This document shows, one piece after another, positions 44,792 through 61,052 of a stretch of 64,000 nt of DNA. Numbering within the stretch: the first letter of the stretch is position 1; each line of letters begins with the position of its first letter. The translations under genes and the position numbers were made by a program. The DNA lies in NCBI RefSeq assembly GCF_009914755.1, contig NC_060930.1; one strand, written 5' to 3'. This DNA comes from the human T2T-CHM13v2.0 reference genome, Homo sapiens. Below the pieces are notes generated by a model. That model did not search any database. It was not told where the DNA came from and saw only the letters and a list, made by a program, of their open reading frames with translations.

Positions 44792-46114
44792 TGATATGTG
44801 TTTTAATCTTTGCCTTAGGAAGAGAATGGACAGAAAAAATAATTGTCAGCAGCTCTTAAAGGGAAACAAAATAGTTTCTTTCTTCCTTAACACCATTTTC
44901 AAGAAACAAATGTCTATCTTACACAGGTCCATATATCTACGTCCTTTGTGAATTTTTTGTTACTCTATTTAAATAGTAATATTGAAATCTTTTTGTAACT
45001 CAGCATCTCAGAATAGAAATTGATTGACATTATTTTCCAAAGCCACGTCAGGCTTTCTGTTTAAGTAAAGTGAAAGTAAGAAGAAAAAAAAGTTATAAAG
45101 AGAAGAGCAACTTTACATACAGTTTATGTTTAAAGCCATATATGAGTTTAAGAGAAACCTTTTGCTTTTTCTAGTCCAAAGAATACTTTTGCAAGCAACA
45201 TTTCTTACTGAGTTAAAAGTATTAGCCCAAATACCCTGATGTCTTTGTTTAATTTGAGTAATGTCTGCGTTTCTTCACACAATTCTGTTTCTCTCTTTAT
45301 ATCCTTATATAGCCTTGTAGAATATTGTTTGTTTCAGGGCAAATGATGACTTAGAGTGTACTTGAGGACCATTCATTCAGCAACCAAATTCTGTTGGAAA
45401 CCACTGCTTTTTAAATGCAAGTGTGTGTTTTATCTGCACTCTCTGGCCATATGGTTAGAACTGATGTTTTTCACAACTTCAGGCACTTGGGAAATTTAAG
45501 CATAGATGTGACACAAATGACACAGCTAGCTGATTATGTAACTTACTGAAAAATCTACCCCAAAATTGAATTTAAAAACATTGCTATTTGTTTGTCACAG
45601 ACGTTTCTCTGCTCAAGGAAAAGTCATACACTGCAGAATTAGATCCGTGATGTTGTAAGTTTTCCACAGCTAGCAATTAAATAGGAAGCATTGAGTAGTG
45701 GGAAGAGTTCAAAGACTTCCCTTTCTTCTGCCACTGCCACTGCCACTGAGCAAATCACCCATCTTGCCAGACCTTAGTTCTCTCCCTGTGAAATCAGAGA
45801 GATTGCTAAGCTCCCTCCAACATCTTACTTTCTTTGTCTGTCTAGGGGAATACTGCTTTTATTTTCTGCCTTTGTGGTTTTCATTAAAAAAAAAAAAAAA
45901 GTATAAGAGCTTTTCTCATATCTTTTCAACAAGGCCTAGAAAATTGTAGCACACTCATTCTTTCACAGCTGGGGGCCGTGTTTCCCAGCAGCCCTGAGAG
46001 GTCAGCAGTAATGCAGGGTCTTGTAGAGACGTTTCCTGCGCCTTCCTTCACTTTAGTGACCGAGTCAGAGAAAGCAAGGGATAGTTTTACAGGAATATTT
46101 TTATAATTCATTTT

Positions 46115-46445
<331 letters not shown>

Positions 46446-46935
46446 ATAATTCATTTTTCATAAAATATCTTTAAATAACGTTAAAATGATGAAATGAAGT
46501 TCTGTACATCCTAGGAAAAAATTACTTTCTCTACTTACATTTGATGAATAAATTGTAAAGTATGCCTAGCTTGTTAAAGCAGGTGCCAGAACCAACAGCC
46601 ACTTTCAAAAGTCCATAGAACTGAATTCAGTAAAGGAATAAGCTCTGAAGGTAAGAATTGTCCCTTACTTCAGAGAGCTACAATCAAGTTACTACAATCA
46701 GTTACTTTCCTGACAGATCTCTTAAAAGGCAAAGCTTTGTAAATGGAAACTGAGTTTCCCTTGGAAATACTATAGCATTTGTATTCTCAACAGAAGCTTT
46801 TAACCTCTAGCATGTTACAGAAATTAAATAAACATCATTTTATTTAACCAGCCATAAACTATATGCCTATAAACAAATCAGAAGGAAAAGGACATCTTTC
46901 TTAGGATTACAAGAAAATACTTTGTTGAGAGTTCC

Positions 46936-47246
46936 TTTTTTTTTTTTTTTTTTTTTAGAGATAGGATCTTTCTCTGTCTCCCAGGCTAGAATGCAGCTGT
47001 GCAATCATAGCTCACTGCAACCTTGAACTCTTGGACTCTCAAGCAATCCTCCTGCCTTAGTGTTCCAAGTAGCTGGGACTACAGGTGTGCGCCACCACAC
47101 CCTGCTAATTTTTTTTATTTTTTTGTAGAAACGAGGTCTTGCTATGTGGCCCAGGCTAGTCTCTAACTCCTGTCCTCACATGATTCTCCCACCTTGGCCT
47201 CCCCGAATGCTGGGATTACAGGTGTGAACCACCACCACACCCAGCC
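46936..47246 (-). mobile_element. AluJ
   Basis: TSD core CTTTGTTGAGA. Confidence 0.9.
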
Positions 47247-47993
47247 AAGCTTTGTTGAGATTTTGGCAGGCTTCTTTAAGGAAACTTCAAGACACTCAAT
47301 AGCCTCTTGAGACACCTTGTAATTGTTTCCTGGCAGGTACTGTATTGAAAATCAAGTTGTTGGTTTAAGTACACCAAGAAGGTAGCTGTAATTTGCAGAG
47401 GGCTGTAAGCATACATTTACTGTTTAAAAAGAGAGAGAGAGAGAGAGAACAAGAGAGAGACAGGCTTGATTAGAGTACATAATTTCCTTCAGCTAATTCC
47501 TATGAAACCTTTGGATGTGCTGATCCGCAGCCTACAGATCTACCTTCAACAATGACTTAAACTTCACAATTGAAAGATCTTTAAATATTGTAATCCACCT
47601 CCCCTTCAACAGCCCTACTCTCTTCTCCCTACTTCCGTCCCACTTCTACCAACCTCTCATTTTTAGATGAGGAAAGTGAAGGCCCAAAACATAGTCAGGT
47701 CTCTTTCATCTCAAAAATAATCTCACTCAGACCCTGTGTCTTTGTCCCCTACTGACCAATCCATATATGTGGCATCTGTTGATTTCAAAGAACCCTCTTC
47801 AGACTTTTTTCCCTTGGGTTCTGCTAGAACTGTGTGCTTCTGCTTCTGACCTTTCATTGTCCATCCATCACTTTCCCCTTTCTTCCTATCCTTGAATGTT
47901 ACAATTCTCTTGACGCCACCCACCAGACCATTCTTTGGACTTAGAATTTCAGTTGTATCTTAAACATTTCTGCTGAACAATTACATTGTGCTC

Positions 47994-48362
47994 TGTCTTA
48001 GTTCATTTTCTGTTGCTATAACAAAATACCCAAGACTGGATAATTTATAAGGAAAAGAAGTTTATTTGGCTCATGATTCTGGAGGCTGAGAAGTCCAAGA
48101 TCAGGCAACCCATTTAGTGAGGGCTTCAACTCAGCAGAAAGCAGAAGGGCTTTCAAAGAGACCACACACGAAAGGCAGCCTCACATTATAACACCAGGCT
48201 CTCATGTGAACTTACCCATTCCCTCAAGAACTAACTCAGTCCCTGGAGAAAGACATTAACTGATCCTAATGACCTAATCACATCTTAAGGACACTGCCTC
48301 CCAACACTGTTACATTGTCAATTAAATTTCAACATGAGTTTTGTCAGGGACAAACCATAGCA
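47994..48362 (-). mobile_element. MST-type MaLR solo LTR
   Basis: tgtcttagttc..gctataacaaaatacc...aaatttcaacatgagtttt..caaaccatagca. Confidence 0.85.
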
Positions 48363-49059
48363 GGCTGCCAGTCACACATTTTATGAGAACCATGGTTTTC
48401 AACCTCTTCCTTACTTGCAGGATTTTGTCCATTTTTCACAGTGATGTAACCTTTTCCTGTTGGTAGTTTCAGCTGTTAGGCAAGGATCTGTCAGTGACGG
48501 TGAGGCAGCCATAGAAGTTTGCTTCTCAGATGAGTGTAGAGTCTCTTTAAGACAAATTCTGATCCCTTCTAGTGGACTACCTCTGCCATTAGCATAATAG
48601 ATAACTGAGTGGTGTGGTCTTAGAGTCCTGAAGATATCTGTAGCCTTGCCACTTTTCTGCAGATGCCCTGCCTTAGTTCTATGACTAGAACTTCCTTACT
48701 CAGATAGCAGAGGCACTGTTTGGATATGGCAAGCCAGGATGATTACTCTCAATTTTGTTATGTGAGGGTCTTTAACCACACACGGCTACCATATGGGGTG
48801 GGAGAGACAGCATCTAGAAAGTGTAGGGGAAGTGGCTCATTTTAAAAAGAAATTTGAGGCTTGTATATGTTTCCTTAGCCCACAAGTTCCTTTGCAACCA
48901 AGGTGAAGTTGCATCTTCCAGAATGTCATCTGAACTCATTCTTCCATAACTTCAGTGTTGACTTTAATATTATTTGGAATAGTTGTTTCTCTTAAAGGTT
49001 GTATTTGATTTTCACTTCAGTGTGACTTCATTCATTAAAAAATATTGAGGGAAGCATTT

Positions 49060-49171
49060 ATTATTTTTTGTTTGTTCATTTGTTGAGATAGGTTCTCACT
49101 CTGTTGCCCAGACTGGAGTGCAGTGGCATGATCAAAGCTTACTGCAGCCTCCAACTCCCGGGCTCAAGCAA
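49060..49171 (-). mobile_element. Alu right-arm fragment
   Basis: tgagataggttctcactctgttgcccag...ggctcaagca. Confidence 0.8.
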
Positions 49172-49188
49172 GTTTTATATATTTATAA

Positions 49189-49934
<746 letters not shown>

Positions 49935-50966
49935 ACTCTGGAGATTTTTAAGGGCCTTGCCAATGAGACTGGGGACACAAATAGGATGACTCCTCAGTTG
50001 AGGACACAAATAGGATGACTGAAAAGGTGTTTGCCACTATGAATTAGTGCACATTGCGGTTCTCCTGAGTCTCTTTGGCAAATAATAGTTAAATACTCAC
50101 CTACAAATAGTTCTCTTATGGTTGATTAAAAGCCCAGCTTTCTACTATATAAACATAGCAAGTCTTTTTAACTCTGTATATATTACTGTCATTGTTATCA
50201 TCTCCAGATGAAATAGAGCAGCCCAAACATGATGGGCCTTACTCTCCACGTTGATTCTAAGAAGAAGAAAGAAGCAGCATAGTTTTCAGTGGCTCTACAA
50301 TTTCACATTGTTGTTAATTTCCTGAAAACTTGATGTTAAATGAAGTGTAATTGCAGATTTCCTTAAGAACCATTGACAGATACTTATCCTAAGTCATAAG
50401 CAACTCACACTGTGAAATGTGTGCAAACATTCTAAGTTTTCTTCTAGAAGAATATACTTCAGTGATACCCAATATTCACCAGCCCTTTTTGATAAACAGA
50501 GCCATTGAAGCTCAACATGGAAGTTGGGGGAAATTTCTTTTTTTACACTTGATTTTTTTAAGGGGATTAATGTTGCCAGAACTTCCATTGTTTTTCAGAC
50601 AGTGAAAAGAGTCTTTAGTAAGTGTCATCTCAGAGACCTTACAACTTTTGGCTAAGAGGGCTATATTTTGAATGAGATAGTAAACTAGATAGTAAATTAT
50701 GGTGTATTTAGGTACTGGCATTGTATGATAGAGAGGGGAGTTTGATTTGTTTTTTAATTGTTAGGTGGTCTATTTAGTGCAGCTGTGTTTATGTTTCCTT
50801 CATGGTAACCGCCTGAACATGGTGACAAGTCCCTACAAATGAGAATAGGAATTTTAAAAAATTATCTTGCCAGTGGGCTTTAATTTGGGGGGGTCATAAT
50901 TATTAAGTAGCATTGGTAAAAATAATCCCCGGCACAGTCATTCAGTACAGTTGTTTTGCTGTATCA

Positions 50967-51357
<391 letters not shown>

Positions 51358-52145
51358 TTATAGAATTTCCTTAGAATAGTCACACTTCTTTACCCATTGT
51401 TTTGGCTGATTTACTTCTTTGCTATTAAAAATGGGTGCCTAGATCATAATGTACATCAATTCTGTGGAAAATTAGCAATTCCATGTTTTTGCTGTCTTTC
51501 TCTTTAAAAAATAATAAATGAACATGGGGTCATGACTGCAGCAAAGAGACAGTTGCCTGTGACAGAGAAAATGTATATAATAAGTAAATAGCTCTGTGAA
51601 TTACTCAGTACTTTCAGAATTGTATGTAAGATATGAAATGTGGAGGTGCAAGGTCCTAATGACTAGTTTTCCGAGGCATTTTCTTTAGTGTTACATCCCT
51701 CATAACTCAAATGAATGTTTATTACTATTCTTTCATATTGCCAAAATATTTTCATGAATTTGGATTAGAAGCAGCTTGTTCTGGCTTGTTTTGCAACTTT
51801 GTTTCAGGAAACAAAGTGATATTTAGAAGATTTTTGTATGTCATAGAAGCTTTAATTATCTTACTTATGTTGAAGGAGATCAAATTCTGTTTCAGAGTTA
51901 TGTAAGAAAATAAGAGTTTATACTATGCTAATTTTATGTTGCCAGATAATTAATGTCTTTCAAAAAATTTGAATCCGTGATTTGAACAGGGTTCGCTGTT
52001 AAATAACCAGCAATGTAGAGTCTACTTTAAATTCAAGAAGACGCTACTTGGTCCAGACCTACCTGGGCTAGCCTTTATTTTTATTTTTGGATTCACAGGT
52101 GTTTACCCTTATCTTTCCTTTCTTTCCCTCCCCTTCTCTCCACAG

Positions 52146-52229
52146 ATTGGTGAAAGACAACAAGTGTTAGTAACAGAAGAATCTTTTGATTCCAAGTTTT
52201 ATGTTGCACACAATCAATTCTATGAGCAG
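52146..52229 (+). CDS. CDKAL1: CDKAL1 internal coding exon (84 nt, probably exon 14), start of TRAM domain: [28 protein letters not shown]
   Basis: Long polypyrimidine tract ending ...ctctccacag|ATT; donor CAG|gtaaga; 28 stop-free codons, phase 0/0. The peptide is recognised as CDKAL1 and joins in frame to the next exon (YEQ|VLV). Absent from the ORF track. Confidence 0.96.
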
Positions 52230-52645
52230 GTAAGAGGCACTTCAGTATTCTTGAGTTTTCTCCAAAGTGAGAAAGAGTTCTGAAAGTTTAAGCAAAGGGC
52301 ATTTAAAGGGGAGAGTGTTGAATCTTGTCACAACAAGGCTGTTTTATCGCTTCAAGCCAGCCAGGCTAACATGGACTTTATCTTTGTGACTTACTCTACA
52401 ATATGTTCTGTACAAAGGAATAGGTGTATTTAGTCTATTTTAGTTCACATTAATCTTTGACAGGACCAGCTTTAGGCTTTTGGGCGTTTGGAACCAGGCA
52501 ATTAGCACTGCCAGAATTCCCACACCCTGGCAAAGCAGGGGGGAAAGTCCTGCTCAGACCACAGGAAGGATGTCTGCATGGGCGACAGCAGCATGAAAGG
52601 GCAGGGATTTCCTCTCGCTGGTACATCACCCGGACAGTTTTTTTA

Positions 52646-52682
52646 GTTGGTTGGTTGATTGGTTGGTTGGTTGGTTGGTTTT
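52646..52682. repeat. (GGTT)n microsatellite
   Basis: gttggttggttgattggttggttggttggttggtt. Confidence 0.9.
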
Positions 52683-55004
52683 TTAGTTTTGTTTAGTTTT
52701 AGCATCTGTTTTTTTAACTTCTACCTTAATAAAAATGCTGGGAGCAGAGGAAAAGGAGTCTATTCCTTGGACTCAACTCTAATTGTATGAACAACTGTGC
52801 AGACCAGTGTGAGGATCAAACCAGCTTCACTGTGAGAGCTTTGAAGGCCATCCCTAGGGGCGCCCCCAATTACTAGCCCTCCTTCCCTGGCCATCTAAGT
52901 TGGCCTGCCTTTGCCCACCGAGGAGCCTGACTTCTGTTTCAGCATCAGGGTTTCTACTCCTCCAGGTGGGAGAGCAATTCAAAAGTGACTGAGGAAAAGA
53001 GAGTGCCTCTTTCAGGGTCATTGACCCTGGCAAGGGCCAAGGCCAGGGAAGAGATGGGATACGCCCTCCTCTCCCATCTTATGGTAGCCTGTGTCTCCCA
53101 TCTCATGATAGCCTGTGTGGGAGACTGTCATGGGCGTACGGAGATTTTCACTGATCATTCTGGATTGTATTAAAATCAAATGGAGCTTCCTACTTTTTTG
53201 CTTCTTTCTTATCAGATAAGAGGTGAAAATGTTTGCTATGGATCATGGCTGGAATTAGAGCTTGAGAAGATGCTGAAGGCCAAGGTGGACAAGTCGGATG
53301 AGGGATGGGCAGAGGAAGCAGGCTGCCTGTGTCAGAAGGCAGGAAAGCAGGAGCTGAAGAGGCCCCCAGCATTGACATTCCCCAGGGAATCATCTCAGAC
53401 TGGGCAGTGCGTCCCCAGGAAACAGGGGAGCTTTTCAAAGCCCAGACTAAACGTGCTCTGTTCAGTACCGGTGGAGACTGCAGTTGAGGAAGGGCTCCCA
53501 GCACTCCATGTCTGGCCTGCATCGCTTCCCCATTTCCCCATCTCATTAATATACCCCAGAGGGCCATTTTCCTATTCAGGCCAACCTTCTGCTCAGCCCT
53601 GGGGAGGAGCTTGATTGCATTTTGGTTGCCTCTTCTCTCTCCTTTCTCTTGCCATCTGGGTTTTGCCTCAGCAGGGAACTTTTTTCCCTTCATTTTAAAG
53701 GCAGTGGCATGCCTCGTTAGCTGCTTCCTCCAATTTAAAGCAGTCGGGCTTTTTCCAATTATTAAAACTGGAGGAGGGGAAAACACTGAGCCCTTCATTC
53801 AGATCAAGGCAGCAGATCAAGGAGGGTTATTTTTCCCCAGAATAGTACCAAATCTCCCAGGGTTAGTTTGGTCTAGAGATTTTCTTATTTTATAAAAACT
53901 GATTTAAATGGGCTTTTTATATCCTAACACTAAAGCTCTTTTAGTTCTTTTTGCCTGCCCTAAGTAATTCACCACCCAGGTGACCTTTTTCTTCTACTTT
54001 GATGAAGCAGTGTACTCAGTGGTCATAAAAATCAAACTCAGACCAAGATTCAATTTTGCCTTTCAGAGAGATTGGCTGTGGAACTCCTGGCTCTCATCTG
54101 ACTTTTCTGTCTCTATAACTAAGCATATCAAAGATTTTCTAGGAATTATTTTTCTAAATAAGATGAGTTCCAGAGATGAAGATTGTATCTAGATATCCAA
54201 GTATTACTGGATTAGAACTGGTCTATTTATTTTGGATTCTAACTTGAAAAGACTGGCAAGTCGCTGCAGTGCTAAAATAGAAGTGTAAGGGAGACATCAC
54301 ACACACAAGCTACCTGTGGGTCCCAAAGGAAGGGAAACGTTTGCTTGAAGTAAACAAGTACTTTTATCAGGAATCTCTAGTGGAAAGAGACCACCTGACA
54401 GTTTCCTGTGAACAAGCCAAAGTACCCTTCAGAGGACTGGTTCTAGATGGAGGTAGATTCCCAGGACTGACAAACACATGCCTTTTCTAACAGAGCAAGG
54501 GAAATGAACGGCAGCTGTTAGTTTCAGGAGTCATTTAGCTCCAAACAGCAGTGTACAGTGTTATTGGAAGGTTCTTTTAAATGTACCTCCTTCTCCCTCA
54601 AAACACAGCACACACATGCACGGACACAAACACGCAGGCCTGTTTGAAGTGTCTTTTCAAACCATTACTCTGACAGCTCACTTGGAAAGTATTAAAAGTA
54701 TAAGGCTTTCATCAGTATTGTCTCGGTTTTCCTCATTGCATGGAATAGCCAAAAGCAAGATATCAAAGGCCTGTCCAGAAGTGGCTGGCTGATTGCTGGG
54801 GGATTTCCCAGGTCTGCCTTCCACGTGCCTCAGGACATCAGGCACATCCTGCACTGGAAAAGCACTGCCCAGGGGCCCAGGAGCCCCTCCCAGGAGTGCC
54901 TTTCCTTCCTGCAGGCTCTGCAGACCCTTGAGCAGCTAGAAGATAGAGTCCACTTTGTAGGGGATCCCAGAACAGAAAAATGACATTGAGGGACAATGAG
55001 GAAA

Positions 55005-55206
55005 CCTGGATAATTAGGTATGCCTTCGGTTAATAATATTAATATATCAATTTGGGTTCATTAATTGTGGCAAAAGTGCTATACTAATGTAAGACGGTAA
55101 ATAATAAGAAAACTGGGAGTTAGGTATACAGGAGCTCTCCATACTATCTTTGCAATAATTCTATAAATCTGAAACTGTTCTAAAGTAAAATGTTTATTTT
55201 TAAAAA
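55005..55206 (+). mobile_element. Old L1M (MC/MD-like) 3' end next to the exon acceptor
   Basis: ggttcattaattgt..actaatgtaaga...ctctccatactatctttgcaa..taaatctgaaactgttctaaagtaaaa. Confidence 0.7.
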
Positions 55207-55234
55207 TTAAGCCTCTGAAACAAATGTGTTTAAG

Positions 55235-55399
55235 GTTTTAGTGCCAAAGAACCCTGCGTTCATGGGGAAGATGGTTGAAGTGGACATCTATGAATCAGGC
55301 AAACATTTTATGAAAGGGCAGCCAGTATCTGATGCCAAAGTGTACACGCCCTCCATCAGCAAACCGCTAGCAAAGGGAGAAGTCTCGGGTTTGACAAAG
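55235..55399 (+). CDS. CDKAL1: CDKAL1 internal coding exon (165 nt, probably exon 15): [55 protein letters not shown] (rest of TRAM domain plus linker)
   Basis: Lies inside ORF 55226..55462; acceptor gtttaag|GTT, donor AAG|gtaagt; 55 codons, phase 0/0; peptide recognised as CDKAL1. Confidence 0.96.
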
Positions 55400-56231
55400 G
55401 TAAGTAAAAGATGCTCTCCTCTCTACCCTGCTAGTAAAACAGCAGCTGTGGAAGCACAGTGATTCCAGGCCATGTTTCTGTTATCATTTATAGTTCCCTT
55501 TTTATGTATGCATGAGGCTTTAATCCTTTCTGACAGATTGAAATCTGAATTAGAAAGATGTGTTTTTGCTGATGCCGATAGCTTTGCTTCTCTGGCTGTA
55601 AAGAGAATAAGCTCTTTCTGCTTCCAGTTTAGAAGCAGGGGGTAAAAGCCATTATTTGCAGGTGAAAATGTTGACACCAAAAGATGATCTGATCCAGTAT
55701 GTTTCTATGTCAGTAGATCCTGAGTGGAAGGGGATGAAGAAAGGGGTGTTTTCTTGCTTTACAAAGCTGTTTATACTGTAGTAAAAACCTACAGCTGAAC
55801 AGGCACTAAACCATATCATATATGCAGTTATGGTGCCTTTCAGAAGGGTGTTAGCTGGATATCTACTTTAGTCATGTGGAGTGAAAATTAAACATTTTTT
55901 TCTTTCTATAAAAAAGTAACCTGACCCCTATTTTATACCTTGGTAAATATGGCCGTTTGCCAAGCTCTCTCACATTTCATTGAGCTACAGTTGTAAAAGC
56001 TGATGGAGTGTGAAATGAAAATGTGTATCACATTTCTAAGCATCATTTGATGTCCTTTCTCCAACACAATTGTTAAGCGCTTAAAAAAAAAAAGCATATA
56101 ACAGTGATTTAACATATGGAAAAAAATAACTGATATTTATCTGGCCATGTAATTCCGAAATTGTTTTAATCTGTGCATAATCTTGTTCCTCAAAATAAAT
56201 TGCAAGGACATGTTCGTTAAAATAAAGGGAA

Positions 56232-56275
56232 TACCGCTTCACTCTGGCAATAGTACCGCTTCACTCTGGCAATAG
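56232..56275. repeat. Perfect 22-bp tandem duplication
   Basis: TACCGCTTCACTCTGGCAATAG twice. Confidence 0.95.
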
Positions 56276-57105
56276 CAACAAAGACAATACTATTGTCTGT
56301 GTTCTCACTGACTGTGGCACTGGATTCTTGTGTCCGACAGCAGTGATAATTCACATGTGCTTCACAAGTGCCCATGAAGGATCTGCGTGCATGGCCGTCT
56401 AACCCGTACTGGAATGGTATAGACCAGCTTTTGTTAAAATCCTACCAAATGCATCAGCCTGCATGATCAGGAGATAACTCTAAAACTTGATAAACATAAC
56501 CATTCATTTTTGCTGTTTATTAAAAAAAAAAAAATTGTACTTGGGGGATAGTATGGGTGGCCAGGAAGGAGCAGTGTAACCTGGCATTTAAATTATATTG
56601 CTAGAGATTTGGCTTTTGATATGTTAGCCAATACTTTGAAAAATTTTTTAAGAAGTCAGCTTATTTTTTGTTTTGTTTTGTTTTTCCACATAGTGTGTTT
56701 TACAAGGTTAATTTTAGATTGCCACAGTGAAAAGGGTTTCTCAGCAAGTAGCAGTAGTGGGGAAATTATTATTTCAAAGACTCTGCCTGGTTTAATTCCT
56801 TCATGTTTGCCTCTTGGAAAGGGAGTATTGTAAACATCACCATTGATAATACATAAACAAGGAAATGTAGTGTCCCTCTATTCGTTCCTTAACTATAGTG
56901 TTACTGTCTAAAAGGGCAGTTCCGTTTAAATTCTCTGGGGCACCCTTTCTACTCTCCCATCCTTTCCTCTAGCCTAGAAAATGGTGTTATCAGTTCTACC
57001 ACCAGCCCAGCTCTGAACCAGAATGGCCCAAAAGTCCCGGATAAGATGAGGAAGCCAGTTGGTTGCTGGTCTGTTAGAGCCTCTAGAAATAGTGTTGTAG
57101 CATGA

Positions 57106-57765
<660 letters not shown>

Positions 57766-57817
57766 GCATCTAAAGCAAAATACTGTGCTTTGGACTTATT
57801 TTGTCTCACTTGACCTC

Positions 57818-57994
<177 letters not shown>

Positions 57995-58329
57995 TGACCT
58001 CTTTTGATGAAATTGATGAGAGGTACAACAGATTAGAAGGGTGTTATCAAAATGATGGTGGGAATGGGTGAAGGTTATATGCACATTTTTAGTGAAAGGG
58101 GCAGAAGAATAGGAAACTTGAGAAAAACACAGTTTTAAGATGCTAAGAACATCAATATTTTTATCTTGTGCTCACATGCAGCCTAATTTTTCCTGAAGAA
58201 AAACTGTAGATAGACAGGACGTGGGGTCAGCAATACCAAATCCATGACCATGTAATAGTTTGAAAAATTATCTGAAAGCCATCATCAAAGATTGGGATCA
58301 AGGATTTTTTTGTTTAATTCCATTATGGA

Positions 58330-58620
58330 AATCTATTTATGGAAATTTTATGAACATTTTCAAGCATACACGAAAGTAGAGAGAATAGTATAATAATCCC
58401 ACATACCTATTACCCACCCTTAGCAGTCATCAGATGACAGCCAATCTTATGCCATCTGTGTTCTTATCTACCCCTATTCCCCCAACCCTGATTATTTTGA
58501 AGAAAATCCCATTTACATTTTATTTCATCTAGAAATATACTAGTAAATACCTCTAAAAGATAAAGATTCCTTTTACAAACATAATCCCAATATATTGTCA
58601 AATTTTAAAATCATTACCCA
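58330..58620 (-). mobile_element. Old L1ME-type fragment
   Basis: ttttcaagcatacacgaaagtagagagaatagtataataa..acctattaccca. Confidence 0.6.
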
Positions 58621-58669
58621 TAATTGTTATTGGCTAAATACTCCATACCTACTGCTAGGACCCTAAGTC

Positions 58670-58875
58670 AACATTTATGGCGTGCTTATCGTAGCCAAAT
58701 ACCATGCTAAATATGCTACATGTGTTCACTCATATCGCCCTCATAACCCTGAGAGGAAGGCACTATTATTATCCCCATTTCACAAATAAGGAATCTGAGC
58801 ATCCATAATTCAATAAATAGCTTATCTGGAGTCACAAAATTTGAAGGTAGAAGAGGGAAGCCAGGATTTATATCC
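58670..58875 (-). mobile_element. MIR
   Basis: actattattatccccatttcacaaataaggaatctgag. Confidence 0.75.
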
Positions 58876-58904
58876 CCACTTTCAAGCCTTTGTTTTCGTT
58901 TTTG

Positions 58905-60257
<1,353 letters not shown>

Positions 60258-60779
60258 AGTCAAGCCTGTATTTTTAAGCCCAGGTCCATACTGCCTTGCC
60301 CATTTTAATTGCAGGAGTCTTATTCGATAACTTCTGGACACCAGTTTCTTTTTGTATACCAGAGTAAACTTACACTGGATACAAAAAAATAATAAGTAAG
60401 AGAGAGAGGGAAAAAAATGAGAAAATGGGCAGTTTTAATTATCTTCTCTGTGGGTTCAGTTAAAAATGGCATTAGAGATCTGTCTCTCTTAGGAATATGC
60501 GACAATGTGAACATTACTGCTGTCTGTTTTAATAAAGGCTAACTAGTTTTACTACTAATGTTCTTTCTTCTTGTCTGGCCTATGTTATAACACATCGCTT
60601 GAATCTTACCATTTCTAAGATTGATTCTTAAGAAGTCAGAACTATTCTTTGCCTGGTACGAGATAGAAAAGAACATTTTCTCTTCTAATTTTAAACTTAT
60701 GAATAGTTTGATTGCAAAGTTTTTTTTCATTGAATTCATTCTTAGTAGTAAAAATTGCTTTAAAGAAAGAAGTAGAGTA

Positions 60780-60970
60780 GCATCGTGGAAGATTGAAAGG
60801 ATCTGGAGTCTGTCAGGTTTGGGTTCTAATTACAGTGACAGTTGCTATGATCAAGTACAACTTTCTTGACTCACAGTGTCTTCATTTGTATAATGGAGCT
60901 AACAACTGATTTGCAGAGGATTAAGTTAAATCATGTAGACAAAGTGCACCATGCATAGTAGGTATATTAA
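60780..60970 (+). mobile_element. MIR
   Basis: ctggagtctgtcaggtttgggttctaat...gaggattaagttaaat..catagtaggt. Confidence 0.55.
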
Positions 60971-61052
60971 ATATTTTAAAGAAAGAATTCAGTAAGTATC
61001 ACTTTAAAAAGCAGTGGTTTCCTGGCTTTTATTTTGATTTCTTTTACTTTAA

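Larger units (their letters stand above)
52230..55234 (+). other. CDKAL1: CDKAL1 GT-AG intron, 3005 nt, Alu-free
   Basis: gtaaga...tttaag between the two in-frame exons. Confidence 0.93.

Noticed and set aside
53180-53895. Overlapping ORFs of 144, 202 and 94 aa
   Set aside because: No recognisable domain and no supporting exon structure; they overlap on both strands within an intron.
55226-55462. 78-aa ORF as a standalone gene
   Set aside because: It is the CDKAL1 exon plus intronic read-through on both sides.
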